Assembly (NCBI RefSeq): GCF_006345805.1
Contig: NC_043001.1
Coordinates: 114,204,001-114,268,000, forward strand
Source of the DNA: Octopus sinensis
Taxonomy: Eukaryota
Length of the DNA stretch: 64,000 nucleotides
Reading direction: 5' to 3'
The stretch's first letter is position 1; each line of letters starts with the position of its first letter. Below the pieces are notes generated by a model. That model was not told where the DNA came from. It ran no database searches and saw only the letters and a list, made by a program, of their open reading frames with translations. Shown one piece after another: positions 1 through 13,347 of the stretch. Position numbers and translations under genes: made by a program.

Positions 1-393
1 AGCGTTATCGTCATCAGATTTATTATCGTCTGCATTCCCCTCAACATTATTATCATTTCTACTTTTCTCAACATTATCATCAACTACAATGCCAGTGAGC
101 CAACGCACAAGCTAAATGTGTGCTCGTTTTGCTACAAAGAGTAGCTAATTTTACTTCCTCTCACACAGTTCTATTTTAACAAGAGGAAAGATGCTTCCTA
201 TATTGTAGTTCCAAACAGAATTGTAGTCACCATTGCAAAGCTTTTCATAAGTCTGTTAGAGCTTTGTTTCTTGTATGGTAACTTATTCTTAATGTGGCAG
301 GAAGTTTGTGACGATTGGAATAGCCAAGTCCATGGGCAGGAAAATAACGTTATAGATTCAATTTCTAAATCGTCGTTTTTGTTTTATTATTTA

Positions 394-787
394 CTAGCAG
401 TATCGCCCGGCGTTGCTCGGGTTTGTAAGGGAAATAACTATATAAGCATTTTTAGAGAGTTATAGACAAAAAATAGCAAAAAAATGCATTAAAAATGGAA
501 AAAGATATGATAATTTTTTTTTTAAATCGTTGACTCATCGTAAACATTTATAGAGAGTTACTTCCCTTATATAATAGCGAAAAAGGCATTAAAATGGGAA
601 AAAATGATGGTAATTTTTTTTTAAATCGTAGACTCATCGTAGACGCGCGCTAATACCCAGAAGGGCTCGATATGAATCACGACTATAAGATACCCGGTTT
701 TGGTTAAACTGCACCGCAAAATGTGAGAGTAGTTAGGAATCTAAATCGTAGGAGAGAGACACACAACTTCACTTTTATATATAAAGA
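394..787 (-). mobile_element. Non-autonomous Helitron (~394 bp)
   Basis: Minus strand reads a|TCTTTATATATAAAAG...CCCGAGCAACGCCGGG-CGATACTG-CTAG|t: 5' TC, subterminal GC hairpin, 3' CTAG, inserted between A and T with no TSD. Contains two ~105 bp internal tandem units. Last ~95 bp nearly identical to the 3' end of the 60752-61135 element. Confidence 0.85.
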
Positions 788-3046
788 TTAACGAAGAGGT
801 AGAAGGCGGTGTTTTAGAAGAACCCTTATCAGGCAAAGGCCGACTTGCTTTTCAGGGTCGCTAAGATAAGCGTTAGTGAAGTATTGAGATTGATGTTATT
901 GATTTCCTTTCCCCTTAAAAACTACTGGCCATAGACAAAAATTTAAATCCTTTAATACAAAGGTAGGATGTCAAACAAATCACAAATTTTGTGTGGTGGG
1001 TTGTCCCCATATCGTCCGTGTAAGAACCAGTATGCTTCCTCGTGCATGCCATCGGGCTAGACAGCAACATTAACCATCAACATTATCACACTCGATGTTA
1101 TAAATATTTATAATATCCTCACAAAAATGTTTCATCAACGTCATTGCAATTTTCTTCTTGAAGCTGTTTTGAACTTATTTGCTTACATTACTTATCACTG
1201 TTTGATAATACAAATTACTGCCATTTCTTTTTTTTCAATCCTATATTTGACCCCTGAAGCAAGTAGAGGTATACCATCGTCTTTGTTGTAGGTCTCACTG
1301 TTGTATTCATCATCATTATCATGTTCACTAATAGCTACTTCATGGTAGACGTGTGACTACATACAATTCAGACACTTGGTAAAGTGATATATGATGTTGC
1401 TTGGAGTGTGACTTGTGAATTTCACGCCTTTCAGCTCTCCAGCAGTGATAAGGAAATCACATAACAAGAGGAAGGAATAAAAACACACGATTCATTTAAC
1501 TATAATAATTCCTTCACTGAATTTTTACTAGTTTCTACTCAGAAGAAACGATTTATTTTATTTCAAAACGACACGAGTAGTATATTAGATTCTTTTTTTT
1601 CTTTTTTTTTTTCTTTTTTGTTTCAATTACTGTGAAAATACTAGTTTGATATAACCATTAAAATACGGTAGTAGATAATTGAATACAAGGAAAATGTAAT
1701 TATACCAGACGTAAAGGACATAATAATACAAGACTAATGCAAGTAAATACTTAGTTAAATAATGAAGTAAAACAAAACCAGAGTGGACTCTAAAATAATA
1801 ATTACGTAAACAAAGTAAGGAAATATTTGGGATTATATTAGATATTGCTTTCTTCGTTCAGCCCCAAATCAGACTTTATGTAGGAAAAACATTTATAGTT
1901 AAATATATTCTAACCATGAATATATCATATATTAATTGGCATCTAGGGATGTACTATTGGTCTGCACTTCCCTGCTGAAGATGATAAGATTTCATTTTAA
2001 AGGAAACCTAGCTGCTATTTCTAGCTGTCCGAGCGACGACTTTGTATAGCCTTGCTAGTTAACGCGTAGGTTTTATACGACTTATCCGAAACTGAAGTTT
2101 AAGTGCTACTCACTAAGGTGGCTGCATCATTGTATAATTTTTAAAGGAATATGTAGAGGATGAAAGGCTGCGGAAAAAGTAAAATGAAATAAAGTTTAAC
2201 TGTTTGGTAAAAAATGAAGTGGCAGTAATCTGGCTACATTTTTTTCTGAATCAATGAGACTTGCAGTAGAAAAGCGAAAGCTATTCACAATGCAGAGACC
2301 TGGCCTAAATATTTTTAACAAAGTAAACTCTGTCAAAGGTCCGCGCTAAATACATGGTGATGCTAAACTGGGTGAGGGTGTAAGTCTGACACTTAAGAAT
2401 TTAGAACCAAAGGACTGGAATAAATGTTATAAGACACTCCGTCCAGCCCTCTTACAGTTCCTCAAATTCACTACCTTGGGCTCTTATTTTAACAACCTCC
2501 AGAGAATGAAAGGCAAAACTGACCATAATGGAATTGAAGCCCGCAGCAAAAGGCACTGGAATGATCACACTCTCATGAATCTACCAGTTCACATAAAATA
2601 GAATATGATTTCGATTCACCTATCTACTGAGTGATTTGTGAAATCAGTTGAAGTCTTCACATTCATATAACTTATTTTTCGTATGACAGGACTCTTAAAA
2701 TCCGACTTCAAACACTAACAAATCACAACTAGTTATAGACAATAAACATACATGATTTCAGCCATTGAGAAGTCAATGGTTTTTCGTACATCGATGATCC
2801 AGTAACAGAATATAAAAGCTGGCTTCTACGAGTGACAAAAATGTCTGAAGATGCATCTAACTAAATCTTTAATGTTTTTAACAGTAGTACAACCTCAATG
2901 ACGTTAAGAAGAAACAAGGAACCCCTATATACCCAACCAGTTAATACGAAATAGCAACCATATTCCCATTTAGTCACACCCTAACTTCTTCAAAAAATGA
3001 TCTCGTTTGATAATGAAATATTAGATGCACGATATCTGATATTTAG

Positions 3047-3085
3047 ATAATCAAAAGCATTCATGATTAGAATGCTTTTGATTAT
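3047..3085. repeat. Perfect 16-bp inverted repeat with 7-nt loop
   Basis: ATAATCAAAAGCATTC-atgatta-GAATGCTTTTGATTAT read directly. Confidence 0.9.
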
Positions 3086-6000
3086 AAGTTTGCTCGGTCA
3101 AGATTCATTTCAGGTTTATCAACTATTGCAACAAAAATAAGATCAACAACAACATAATAGTAAAGTTCATAACAAAGTTTTATACTGAAATAGATATTTG
3201 TGAGTAATCATTGGGAATTCCACTCTTAAAATTTCGAAAAGAAGCATTTGAACCACCGTATACAATGCTTCTTCTTTAATCAATGACCTGTATCCAATAT
3301 ATCTTGCAACTGATGTGTATTCTATGTAATTCTATGTATTTGGGATATCGCTTCCTGCATTATAAAAAACAATTATCAGCGCTTTTTTCTTCAAATATTT
3401 TACACAAATACAAGGTATGATTCAGTGAAATTTCGCCTAAACCAAAAAGGAATCAACTATACGTTCTATATAGTATTTAATACCCAATAAACTGCGTACC
3501 TATAGGATTTTACAGACAAGGAAAACAAAAAAACGGTAAATATAGGTGAGATTTATATTGTTGAATATCAGCCTAAGTAGGGATATCATATCAGTAGTAG
3601 AAAATTATATTGCACCGTAAATATAAGGTAATGTATTTCAAAGTATCGCTATACTTTCATAAATATGAAACAGATACTGCAAGTTCGGGTGTCTACTGAT
3701 TCTAAAATGAGGACTTATATGTGAAGGGTGGCTAAAGCCAACATAAAGCTGAAAAATAACATTTTAATATTAATAAAGAATAATCGAAAATTATTTCAGC
3801 TTATCAGTTTCTCAATGTCATATTTTCTGAATTGGTTGCTTTGGGGTAGTTTCAAATTAGTTCTGAATGAGGATACTTCGTGGGAGTTAGGGAGAGGAAA
3901 GTATGACATCTACAGAGCCATTGCCTCAATCTTCCTTAAAGCAATTATCAATCGTCTGAATTTTAAGGATTCCCTTTCCTTTCAGTGTTTCTATTTTTTG
4001 TTTTTGCATTCTTTTACCTGTTTCATGCTTTGGACTGTGGCCAATTTGGAGCGTAACTTTACAGGGTCCAGTCGAGCAAATCGACCCTGGCATATTTTAG
4101 GCAATTGAGTATTCATTCTTTTTGCCTATTGTCAACAGGAAAGGTAAACAAACTAAATGCATTTGTCAAGTGGTTGGAAATAAGAACACTCTCCCATACA
4201 CACATACACATACGACAGACTTCAGCACGGTTTCCGTCATATGAATTCATTAGTAATGATAACAGAAGACGTGGAAGATGCCTGCTTCAGATGTCATGCA
4301 GTAGGACTGCAATCAAAACCAAGTGGCTGCGAGGCGAACGTCTTAAGCATTCAACCACGTTTGTTATATTGTAAAACCCCTAAAAGTGAAATGCAAGATC
4401 ATGCTTTCAAAATTGTTAAATTCGATACGTCGTAAGCTAGGAAAGTACATAGCTATTCAGAACAGATCCTTCTTTTCCGGTGTCTCCTGTTTCTAAATAA
4501 TCTTGCTGAGAGCTTATTATCACTTATACAGAGTATAATAGAAATATGAGGGTTTTTCAATCGATAGGATATTGTGCAACCAGTAGAGAATCAGTGATGC
4601 ATATCCATTGATCAGTGTCCTGCAAAGTTTTATTGGCCAAAACACTTAATATTCGGCTGTACTGCCTACATATATATATAAGTCTAATAAAATAAAATGG
4701 TGCCCGCTGTATGGGGGCGCAGAACCGTTGTCTGGTGAGATCTTTATTCGTGTTTGTGTGTTTGTGTTACAATAAATAACACGTCTCTGCGTCCTGTTAT
4801 TATATTAATACCATCTTAAAATGATAAAATGAAGGACAGAAGTGCACACCGTTGTCAAATATAAATCAATGGACGGCTGAATACAGTAACAGTATCTGAA
4901 AACTACATTTCATTATTGCTAATGTAAATATGATACCAATAAACTATAAGATTGTAACGTGAGCCATCTATGTCTTCTGGACCAAGTATAATTATGACTT
5001 CGTTTGTGTTTTCAAGTGTCTGTGTGTGTGCGCGCGGTTGTGTGTGTGTGCGCTCACGGGTGTGTGTGTGTGTATCGTTTGTGTGTGCATACGCTATACC
5101 TCTGCTCTATTGTGTGTGTGTGTGTTTCTTATCTTTATGTTGTCAAAGCGATAGGTGTGCATTGCAATTAAATGTAATGTTGGCAATTACAGGTTTATGA
5201 AACAGAAGTACATGATGCGTTTCTGTGAACAGTCCATGCCCGCGAACAGGGCCTGTTAATGTATAGTTGATAGATGTGTTTTCATCAAACCACATACGTG
5301 AAACAGTTTTTTGTGATGGTGCCAGCAGCATGGGTGTTTATATAGTGAAGAGAAATATATGCTGTAGTGTTGCCAGCAATATCGGATGTTCGCGTTAGCG
5401 ATGTAAAATCATTGTATGGGACACTTACAATTATAAAGCTTGCTAAACGATCCTACATGCCAATGTTTTCATCAATTGATTTAACATTTAACAATAGAAT
5501 AATTCTAAGTTAGTTACCTCAATATATTGAGACTAATTAACCATTACATTATATTTATAGTTTATTAGATATACAATTGTTATTAACTTGGCAATAATTT
5601 TCTTCTACAATCCATACATATATAAAAGCCTAAACAGAGTTGAACACAAGATTCAGATTGAGGTATTAAATTTATCACTGTATATTTTGTATGTTATAAC
5701 TTTATATTGCTCTAAAATTTTGTCTTGTTGTAAACTTCAAAAGTATACAAGAAAATTCATCAATGCATATGTTGGCTGAGAAATTTTAATTAAAGTTGAT
5801 AAAAAATACTTTGTTAAAAAAATTTTATGTTAAACTATAAGATTCTTCAACATGAAAAAAAAGGCATCTAAGAAATACCTTAATTATGAATGTTTTCAAA
5901 TAATTCCAAATGTTGATATTAATGATTAAATATGCATGTTCATAAGAATCTGTCTGGAACATATTTAGTTCTGCAGAGTTAGATTCTCTCTGAATCATAA

Positions 6001-6715
6001 TATTATTCAACGGAAACCCATAATTGATCCAGCATACTTGCTGACTCAAAGGTTTAAATTCTGTAGGATGACATGTTTCTGCGGTGTTAATTCATTTCTC
6101 AGGAGTCAATTGGAATTGAGTTAATTCAGAGTCGAAATCGCTTAACTATTTCGCTCGCCATTGTCATCGTTATAAATCATCATGCTGATACCATATATCA
6201 TTGTTTTTTAACTTGCGTAAGTTTCATGGTTATTTCGCAGTCACGATTTTGAATTTCAATAAGAAATGACAATGCTTCCTTCCTATACCAACCGAATGAG
6301 TTTTGACCAATCACTGACTCGGATTTCCAATTCTTGCTTATACTGCCAATATTTTTTTCCTGCTTGTCTTCTCAATTTTACACAGGTTTTCTTATTATAT
6401 CTGATACAATCATTACTATAGCTTAAATTTATTTCAAGTAATAAGAAATACAATCAATGCTGAATGTACTATCAAAGTAGGTGGACAATCAAATCTATGG
6501 ATATATTACCAGCTCACTGAATGTAGAGTATGCACCAAAAGACATCATTCTTTTTCAAAACTTGACTCTGCTTTTACCCCTTCATAAATATCCTTGATTG
6601 AAAACTGTCAAAAAATTGACTATTAAATAGATTAATGTTCTGTCGATAATCTTATATGTATCAGGTAACTAGCCAGGAACAAGTCAAGTTTTTATCTGTT
6701 GCTAATACTGCATAG

Positions 6716-6720
<5 letters not shown>

Positions 6721-6760
<40 letters not shown>

Positions 6761-6778
6761 TTCTCTCTCTCTCTCTCC
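6721..6778. repeat. (CT)n microsatellite
   Basis: Direct reading. Confidence 0.95.
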
Positions 6779-7762
6779 CTGTCTACAATTTTTATCTCTC
6801 AACAATATATATTCTTTTTAATGCCCCGTTCAAAAGTAAGGGCAACGTTCACCACCTCTTCAGCTATAAAATACGAGAAAGAGAGGAAGTAAATGACCGA
6901 CGAAGATCTTTCCTAAATACGTGCAACACAGTAAAATGTTTATTGATTTTTTGTTTCTAAAGGAACCACATAATAAGTGGTTATGTGAAACCAGGCGACA
7001 GATATAGTCAAAAGAAGGTGGAAGATGATTTTACACTTCCCATTCGTAATAGTTAAGCTGCATGCATAGTGTTAAACTTTACGAGTGATTCATTAGCTAA
7101 AGGATATGAACATGGCAATTGTCGAATATATAACAAGAAGAGTTCTTTGATGTTTCTGCTTTCGTCAATATCTCGAAGTATAATATGCTGGGACTTGTGG
7201 GTTTCTATTCACTGGCAAGCCAATACAAACAGGATTGGCTTTTGATGTGAACACGTTGTTATCGCACGAACATCACATACGGTTATACAAAGAAGGAAAA
7301 TACGTAACAGGTTTATGAAATACTGACATGCATCTACATCCACATGCATCTACCCAGAAATACTGACATGCATTCACATACTTTCATATTTACTCCCTGC
7401 TCCATTCTTGCCTTCTTTTTCCCTTATTTATCGTTATCATTTCCTCTCTCTTTCAACAATTGTCCGTCGAACTGCCATATAGTCAATCTGTCAATCTATC
7501 TAGATATTTGTTTAGTTTACCTATGCAACAATGTATCAAAATGTGTGTGTGTGTATGTTCATATACGTATATCCTTGCCATTATGTTAAACTGTCGTATG
7601 TCCATTTTTTTTTTTTGCCAAATGCGTTTTTTTTTTCAATATTAATTTTTGCTTGCAATAGCCAGTTGTTTTGGTCAAACTATCGTATCTCCAGCTACTT
7701 CAGATGCTAAGATATAAAAAATTGTTAAAGTGTAGTACAATGGTTTTGCTATGGAATAGTCT

Positions 7763-8173
7763 TTACTCTCTTTTACTTGTTTCAGTCATTTGACTGCGGC
7801 CATGCTGGAGCACCACCTTTAGTCGAGCAAATCGACCCCGGGACTTATTCTTTGTAAGCCCAGTACTTAATCTATCGGTCTCTTTTGCCGAACCGCTAAG
7901 TGACGGGGACGTAAACACACCAGCATCGGTTGCCAAGCAATGCTAGGGGGACAAACACAGACACACAAACATATACACACACACTTATATATATATAGAT
8001 ATATACGACAGGCTTCTTTCAGTTTCTGTCGACCAAATCCACTCACAAGGCATTGGTCGGCCCGGGACTATAGCAGAAGATAATTCCCCAAAATGCCACG
8101 CAGTGGGACTGAACCCGGAACCATGTGGTTGGTTAGCAAGCTACTTACCACCCAGCCACTCCTCCTGCGCCTA
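7763..8173 (-). mobile_element. tRNA-headed SINE, family A, near full length
   Basis: Minus strand: head taggcgcaggaggagtggctgggtggtaag...ggttccgggttcagtccc (A/B-box like), central CA/TA tract, tail ...ggtgctccagcatggccgcagtcaaatgactgaaacaagtaaaagag. At least 9 related copies in the window. Confidence 0.9.
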
Positions 8174-8265
8174 ATGGTAAAATTATTTTTTCGTTTTCTG
8201 AAAAAACAGCGTTTTGACTTACCACACGTTGCAAACTAGCAACGATATATACATATATATAATAG

Positions 8266-8304
<39 letters not shown>

Positions 8305-9715
8305 GAGTAATTCGAAAACTATTTATGAACATGTTACAGATATACATACAACATACCTACACACACACACGTATATTGTCGACAATTATCCATCGTCTGG
8401 TGTTATTCATTTTATTATGTATATTTTTAACAGTAGTACAAACTCAATTATATAAATGTCTCTTAAAATATCAGAGATTAACTATTAAAAATTGTTATTT
8501 GAACCGTAGACACCGAGATTTTGATCGGATATTTTAAATAATTGCACCTTTATGCTTATGATGTCTAGATAGGTCCAGATCAAAATACGCTCAGTGAAGA
8601 AACTGTTTACTAATCGGTGCTTATATCTACCAACCGTGTGCAGCGAGGTCTGGGACGAATGTTTGCACCGGTGTCCCAGAATACTGAGCGCCAATGAACC
8701 GAACCTGCTCGATAAACTGTAGTCGTAAAAGGGAGAACATATTCTGGTATGATGTCCACTATAGCAACCAGCATATTTTGCGTCTGAACTTACCTAGATG
8801 TCTTAAGAAAAAATATCCAAGCATGCCTTCCATGTTCAAAATCATTTTTCATTAATTACTGCACTGGCATCTATACAAAAGTGTACATATACACAAAGAC
8901 AATGAGATACACGCACACATGCACAAACAAATACGTATATGCATAAATACGTGCATATATACACTTATAAAACTATACATAAATGTATAAGTAGGTGTTC
9001 GTATGTAGTTATGTTTGTATGTATGTTATATACTACTAAAGTGTATGGTCTTGAGTTGATTATGAATATATAACGCATAAATATCTATACATAAACACAG
9101 ACCTACATACACATAGCGGTACACAAATGCTCTCTTAAACATACGCAGGGAGAGTGTGAGAGAGAGAGAGAGAGGAGGAGGAGGAGGAGGAGGTGGTGGA
9201 GGGAAAGAGAAATGATATAGAATGATAGAGAAAGATTAACAGACAGATATAGAGGAGTAGAGAGATGTTCTGGTACCGAAGATTTTTTTTTTTCCTTTTT
9301 CAATTTCCGGAATAATATTGGGCATATTTTCTCTCTCTTGATTGCCGAGTCTTAACACATACTTCACAAATGAAGACTCATTTATCATTCATTGATGTCA
9401 AAGAGTGTATTTGAACTGTTTTTCCCCTCTGCTTCCAATTTACTATTCGCTCCTAACTGTTGGCCAATCTGTCACGAAGGACAAGGAATCAAATCCGTCT
9501 ATTCATGCAACAACATCCAGGATATCCTTTGCACAGAGATAGAGATTAAAGGTCGAATCTGACTAATGTGCTAACATATATTTTCTGTATATCCAAAGAT
9601 ATCTTGTGCTTTCCGTGATTTATACTCCGATCTCAATAAATCTTTTATATTTCGGGATATTTCGTTCAATCAGTCTGTTACACACACACACTCACACACA
9701 AACAGGCACGCGCAC

Positions 9716-9845
9716 ATACAACCGTACACGCACATACAACCGTACACGCATATGCAACCGTACGTGCACACACGCGCAACACACACTCATAAACAAGCAC
9801 GCGCACATACAACCGTACACACATATGCAACCGTACGTGCACACA
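9716..9845. repeat. Short minisatellite with core caaccgtac inside a CA-rich tract
   Basis: caaccgtac recurs 5 times, with 18-bp spacing within two clusters. Confidence 0.75.
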
Positions 9846-10252
9846 CATGCAATACACACTCACATACACACATGCGTGTGTGTGCACATATATAGATATG
9901 TATAGAAATTCACACATATATATGTGTGTATGCGAATGCATGTTTTCGGATGGGTGTATATTCGTGCGTCTGAAATATTCAGGCATATTCGTATGCACTA
10001 AAAATCTAAAAGATATTTTGACTGGAATGAACGGTAGAGGAAAGCCAAGTATGAGGTGACGAGGGAGAAATATTGAAAACATTAATAAATAAAATCGGAA
10101 AAATGCATAACAAAAGTATATTAAAAAGCGAGAAAGCACGAACAACATCTATAAGCTTATATATGTATTTATTCCATTTTGTTTTTCTTAAGCAAAAGCG
10201 GTGAACAAAGATATATGCAAAGACAAATACTCATAGACATGTGTACACATCT

Positions 10253-10398
10253 ATACGACAAGATTTTTTCAGTTCAACAAATTCTCTCACAAGGATTGGG
10301 TCGGTCCGGGTCTTTAGTAAAAGACAGATGCCCAAGGTATCACAGAGTGGGACTGAACCTGGAAATATGTGGTTGGGAAAGTAGCTTCTTACCACACA
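10253..10398 (-). mobile_element. SINE family A, diverged 5' half
   Basis: Matches the head of the 7763-8173 copy (cacagagtgggactgaacctgg...cttaccacacag). Confidence 0.7.
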
Positions 10399-10445
10399 GA
10401 CATACCAAGATATTTAGGCATATCTTTCTATCTATCTATCCACCT

Positions 10446-10476
<31 letters not shown>

Positions 10477-10528
10477 CGTGTGTGTATGTGTGTGTATACA
10501 CGACCTCACGCACGCGCACACACATATA

Positions 10529-10700
10529 CACAAGGGGGTGCTGAAAAGCTCCTGGCTGAGGGTAAAAAAATACAGAGGGATTTCAATCAACATATTCCGC
10601 TCTCAGATTCACAGTTATTGCACCGGTCCATTAGGAGTCGGAAAATCTGGCCTCCAGCCAGGCTTTTCGCGATAACCAGGAACTTTTCCAGCACCTTCAG
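10529..10700. mobile_element. Tc1/mariner-type MITE (~170 bp)
   Basis: Imperfect TIRs: left caagggggtgctgaaaagctcctgg, right ccaggaacttttccagcaccttcag; TA dinucleotides at the flanks. Confidence 0.7.
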
Positions 10701-10865
10701 TACATATAGAAGCTTAAAAGCCTCTTTACGGTGGCTTTTATGCTGATTCTTGTGAAGGGCTCTTCATGCATTGAGTACATATTAAATTTTATTTAACTTG
10801 AAAAATATTTTTCAAGGAATGAACGATTTTCATCAAAACAATGATATAATTTTTCGGCTTGGAAC

Positions 10866-11135
10866 TTATTGCAATATTGCATGATAAACAACATTCTTTG
10901 TCTTCCCATTCGGGGTCACTACAAATAGCTTCTTTCTATTCCCTACCTTTGAACCACCAACATATAGCTGGCGGTAGGCCACAATAAACTTACCTTTTAA
11001 AAGTTCACCTATAATTCCTCTGCCACCACATAATTTAAAGACAAATTTGATATACGTAGGGCCTTACTTTTTGTACAAACTATTATTTGTAGAAGCTGGT
11101 ACATATCTAAATTCCTGTTCGTAGTTTGAAGGAAA
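10866..11135 (-). pseudogene. Helitron Rep/Hel helicase C-terminal relic
   Basis: Minus translation PSNYEQEFRYVPAS...KK*GPTYIKFVFKLCG...YRQLYVGGSKVGNRKKLFVVTPNGKTKNVVYHAILQ* resembles the PIF1-type C-terminus (NKSQGQT...HGQLYVALSRV...GKTKNIVY). One in-frame stop. Confidence 0.75.
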
Positions 11136-11474
11136 ATTACACCACTGCCGCTAAACACTATTTTAAAGTGCGATTTCTATGGTTGGAACATAAAGATGTT
11201 TTAAATTTACTATTTTTTAAAGTAATAATAAAATTAATTGAATTTATTTTAAACAAAATTAATCGAATCTCTCGCAAAACAAAAGACGTAATGTATACTA
11301 AATGTAAGAACGAAAGGGAAACAAAGAGAAGGTCCGTAATCCTTCATCAGTTATTGACCAATTGGTACTGTTCTTGTGGAGAATTAGGGACAAGAGCAAA
11401 CAAAACAAAACATATATATATATATATGCATTGGCATATATGTATATATACACGTACATATAAATAGATATTTC

Positions 11475-11850
11475 GTGGAGGCGCAATGGCCCAGTGGTTA
11501 GGAGAGCGGTCGTAGGATCGCGGTTTCGATTCCCAGACCGGGCGTTGTGAGTGTTTATTGAGCGAAAACACCTAAAAGCTCCACGAGGCTCCGGCAGGGA
11601 TGGTGGTGATCCCTGCTGTACTCTTTCACCACAATTTTCTCTCACTCTTACTTCCTGTTTCTGTTGTACCTGTATTTCAAAGGGCCAGCCTTGTCACGCT
11701 CTGTGTCACGCTGAATATTCCCGAGAACTACGTTAAGGGTACACGTGTCTGTGGAGTGCTCAGCCACTTACACGTTAATTTCACGAGCAGCCTGTTCCGT
11801 TGATCGGATCAACCGGAACCCTCATTGTCGTAACCGACGGAGTGCTTCCA
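11475..11850 (+). mobile_element. tRNA-headed SINE, family C, full length
   Basis: Head gtggaggcgcaatggcccagtggttagg...ggtttcgattcccagacc (A and B boxes); homologous to 23081 and 49164-49470. Confidence 0.85.
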
Positions 11851-12027
11851 CAAATATATATGTAAGCATACTTTTAAACTCTGTTTTGCAAACAGAAATC
11901 TAGGTTGTTAATTCTTTTGGGACTCCGGAAACAGGTTTGTTTATTGCGCATTACAGTACACAACAGACAAATACAAAATAATCGATGTATAGTCGACTTC
12001 ACAGGACTTTTTCACTTTATATAAACT

Positions 12028-12170
12028 GCGTAGTTGTGTGTTAAAAAGCTTGCTTCCCAATCACATGGTTCCGGGTTCAGTTTTGTTGCGTCTTCTACTA
12101 TAGCCTGGGGCCGACCGAAGCATTGTGATTGAAATTGGTAGACAAAAACTAAAAGAAACCCGTCGTATAT
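12028..12170 (+). mobile_element. SINE family A, 5' half
   Basis: gcttgcttcccaatcacatggttccgggttcag...gaaacccgtcgtatata matches the family A head. Confidence 0.7.
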
Positions 12171-12244
12171 ATATACGCGAATATATATATATATATTATA
12201 CGTGTGCGTGTGTTTAGGAAACCCCCAAAACTAACAGCAAATAC

Positions 12245-12490
12245 AAAAAAAAATCACAACAACGCGAGAACGTGGTACATGTAAAAAATTAGCAGACGCT
12301 CAGGGAAGGAAAGAAATATGGTTTTACGTTTGGAGGAACACCCTTCTCCAGAAACAGAGGAAAGTCCAAGAGAAAGGAAGACGGAGGAAGAAAATCGCCA
12401 ACGATTTACATGCGGTTACATTTTGAAATGACCGGAAAAAAATGGGTGAAGAGAACGTTCTTTCTAAGACAGGGGAGTATAAGAGCAGAA
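12245..12490 (-). mobile_element. Diverged copy of the hammerhead-bearing repeat (putative PLE pseudo-LTR)
   Basis: Aligns with 19885-20090 (shared ttttacgttt, gaaaatcgccaacgatt, gcggt blocks); degenerate core at 12321-12355. Confidence 0.65.
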
Positions 12491-12617
12491 GGTACGTGTG
12501 TGTATGTGTGGGTATGCACGTGCGCGCAAGTCTGTGTGTGCGTGTGTGTGTGTGCGTATGTGTGTGCGTGTATGTAGTTTTTATGTGTGTGTGTTTTGTG
12601 TGTAATGTGTGCATGCG

Positions 12618-12742
<125 letters not shown>

Positions 12743-12843
12743 TATAGTTGGAATTTACAAAAATATAAACAAAATAAAAGACGAAGACGGGTGTGTGTAG
12801 AGAGAGAGAGAGAAATAGAGAGAGAGCATCGAAGTGACAATCA

Positions 12844-13112
12844 GTGAAGGTGATGGCTTAATGATTACAGTATCATGAGGTTGTGAGTTCGACTCCCGGA
12901 CTGGGCTGTGACGTGTGTTCTTCAGCAAGACACTTTATTTCACATTGATCCAGTTCACTCAACTGTAGAAACGAGTTGTATCGGCCTTTGCCTTTCCCTT
13001 GGAGAACATCGGTGGCATGGAGAGAGGAGGCTGGTATGCATGGGTGACTGCTGGTCTTCCATGAACAACATTGGTCGGACTTGTGCCTAGGAGAACTTTC
13101 TGAGTGAAATTC
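12844..13112 (+). mobile_element. tRNA-headed SINE, family D (head partly deleted)
   Basis: B-box gtgagttcgactcccgg, then gtgttcttcagcaagacactttatttcac...ccagttcactc; 3' part matches 23373-23566. Confidence 0.75.
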
Positions 13113-13139
13113 CATGGTCAGATGTGTATGTTTGTGTGT

Positions 13140-13347
13140 GTGTGTGTGTGTGAACGTCTTTATATCTGTGTTTGTCCTCCACAGGTGTTGGTGGGCATAC
13201 GTCACCGTAACGAACCGGTTTGGCGAATGTGAGAGAATAAGTATTATGTTTAAAAAAATAAGTCTTTGTGTCGATTTTTCAACTGAAAATCTTTCAAGGT
13301 GGTAATCGAGCGGGGCTGCAGTCAAATGACTGAAGCAAATAAAAGAC
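13140..13347 (+). mobile_element. SINE family A, diverged 3' half
   Basis: Ends gctgcagtcaaatgactgaagcaaataaaaga, the family A tail. Confidence 0.65.

Noticed and set aside
4698-4720. TGGTGCCCG as a retrotransposon primer-binding site
   Set aside because: No adjacent LTR end (CA) or partner LTR seen, and no tRNA match I can name.
11475-11550. tRNA genes at SINE heads (also 23081, 29930, 39231, 49470)
   Set aside because: They continue into SINE bodies and do not form complete cloverleaves.
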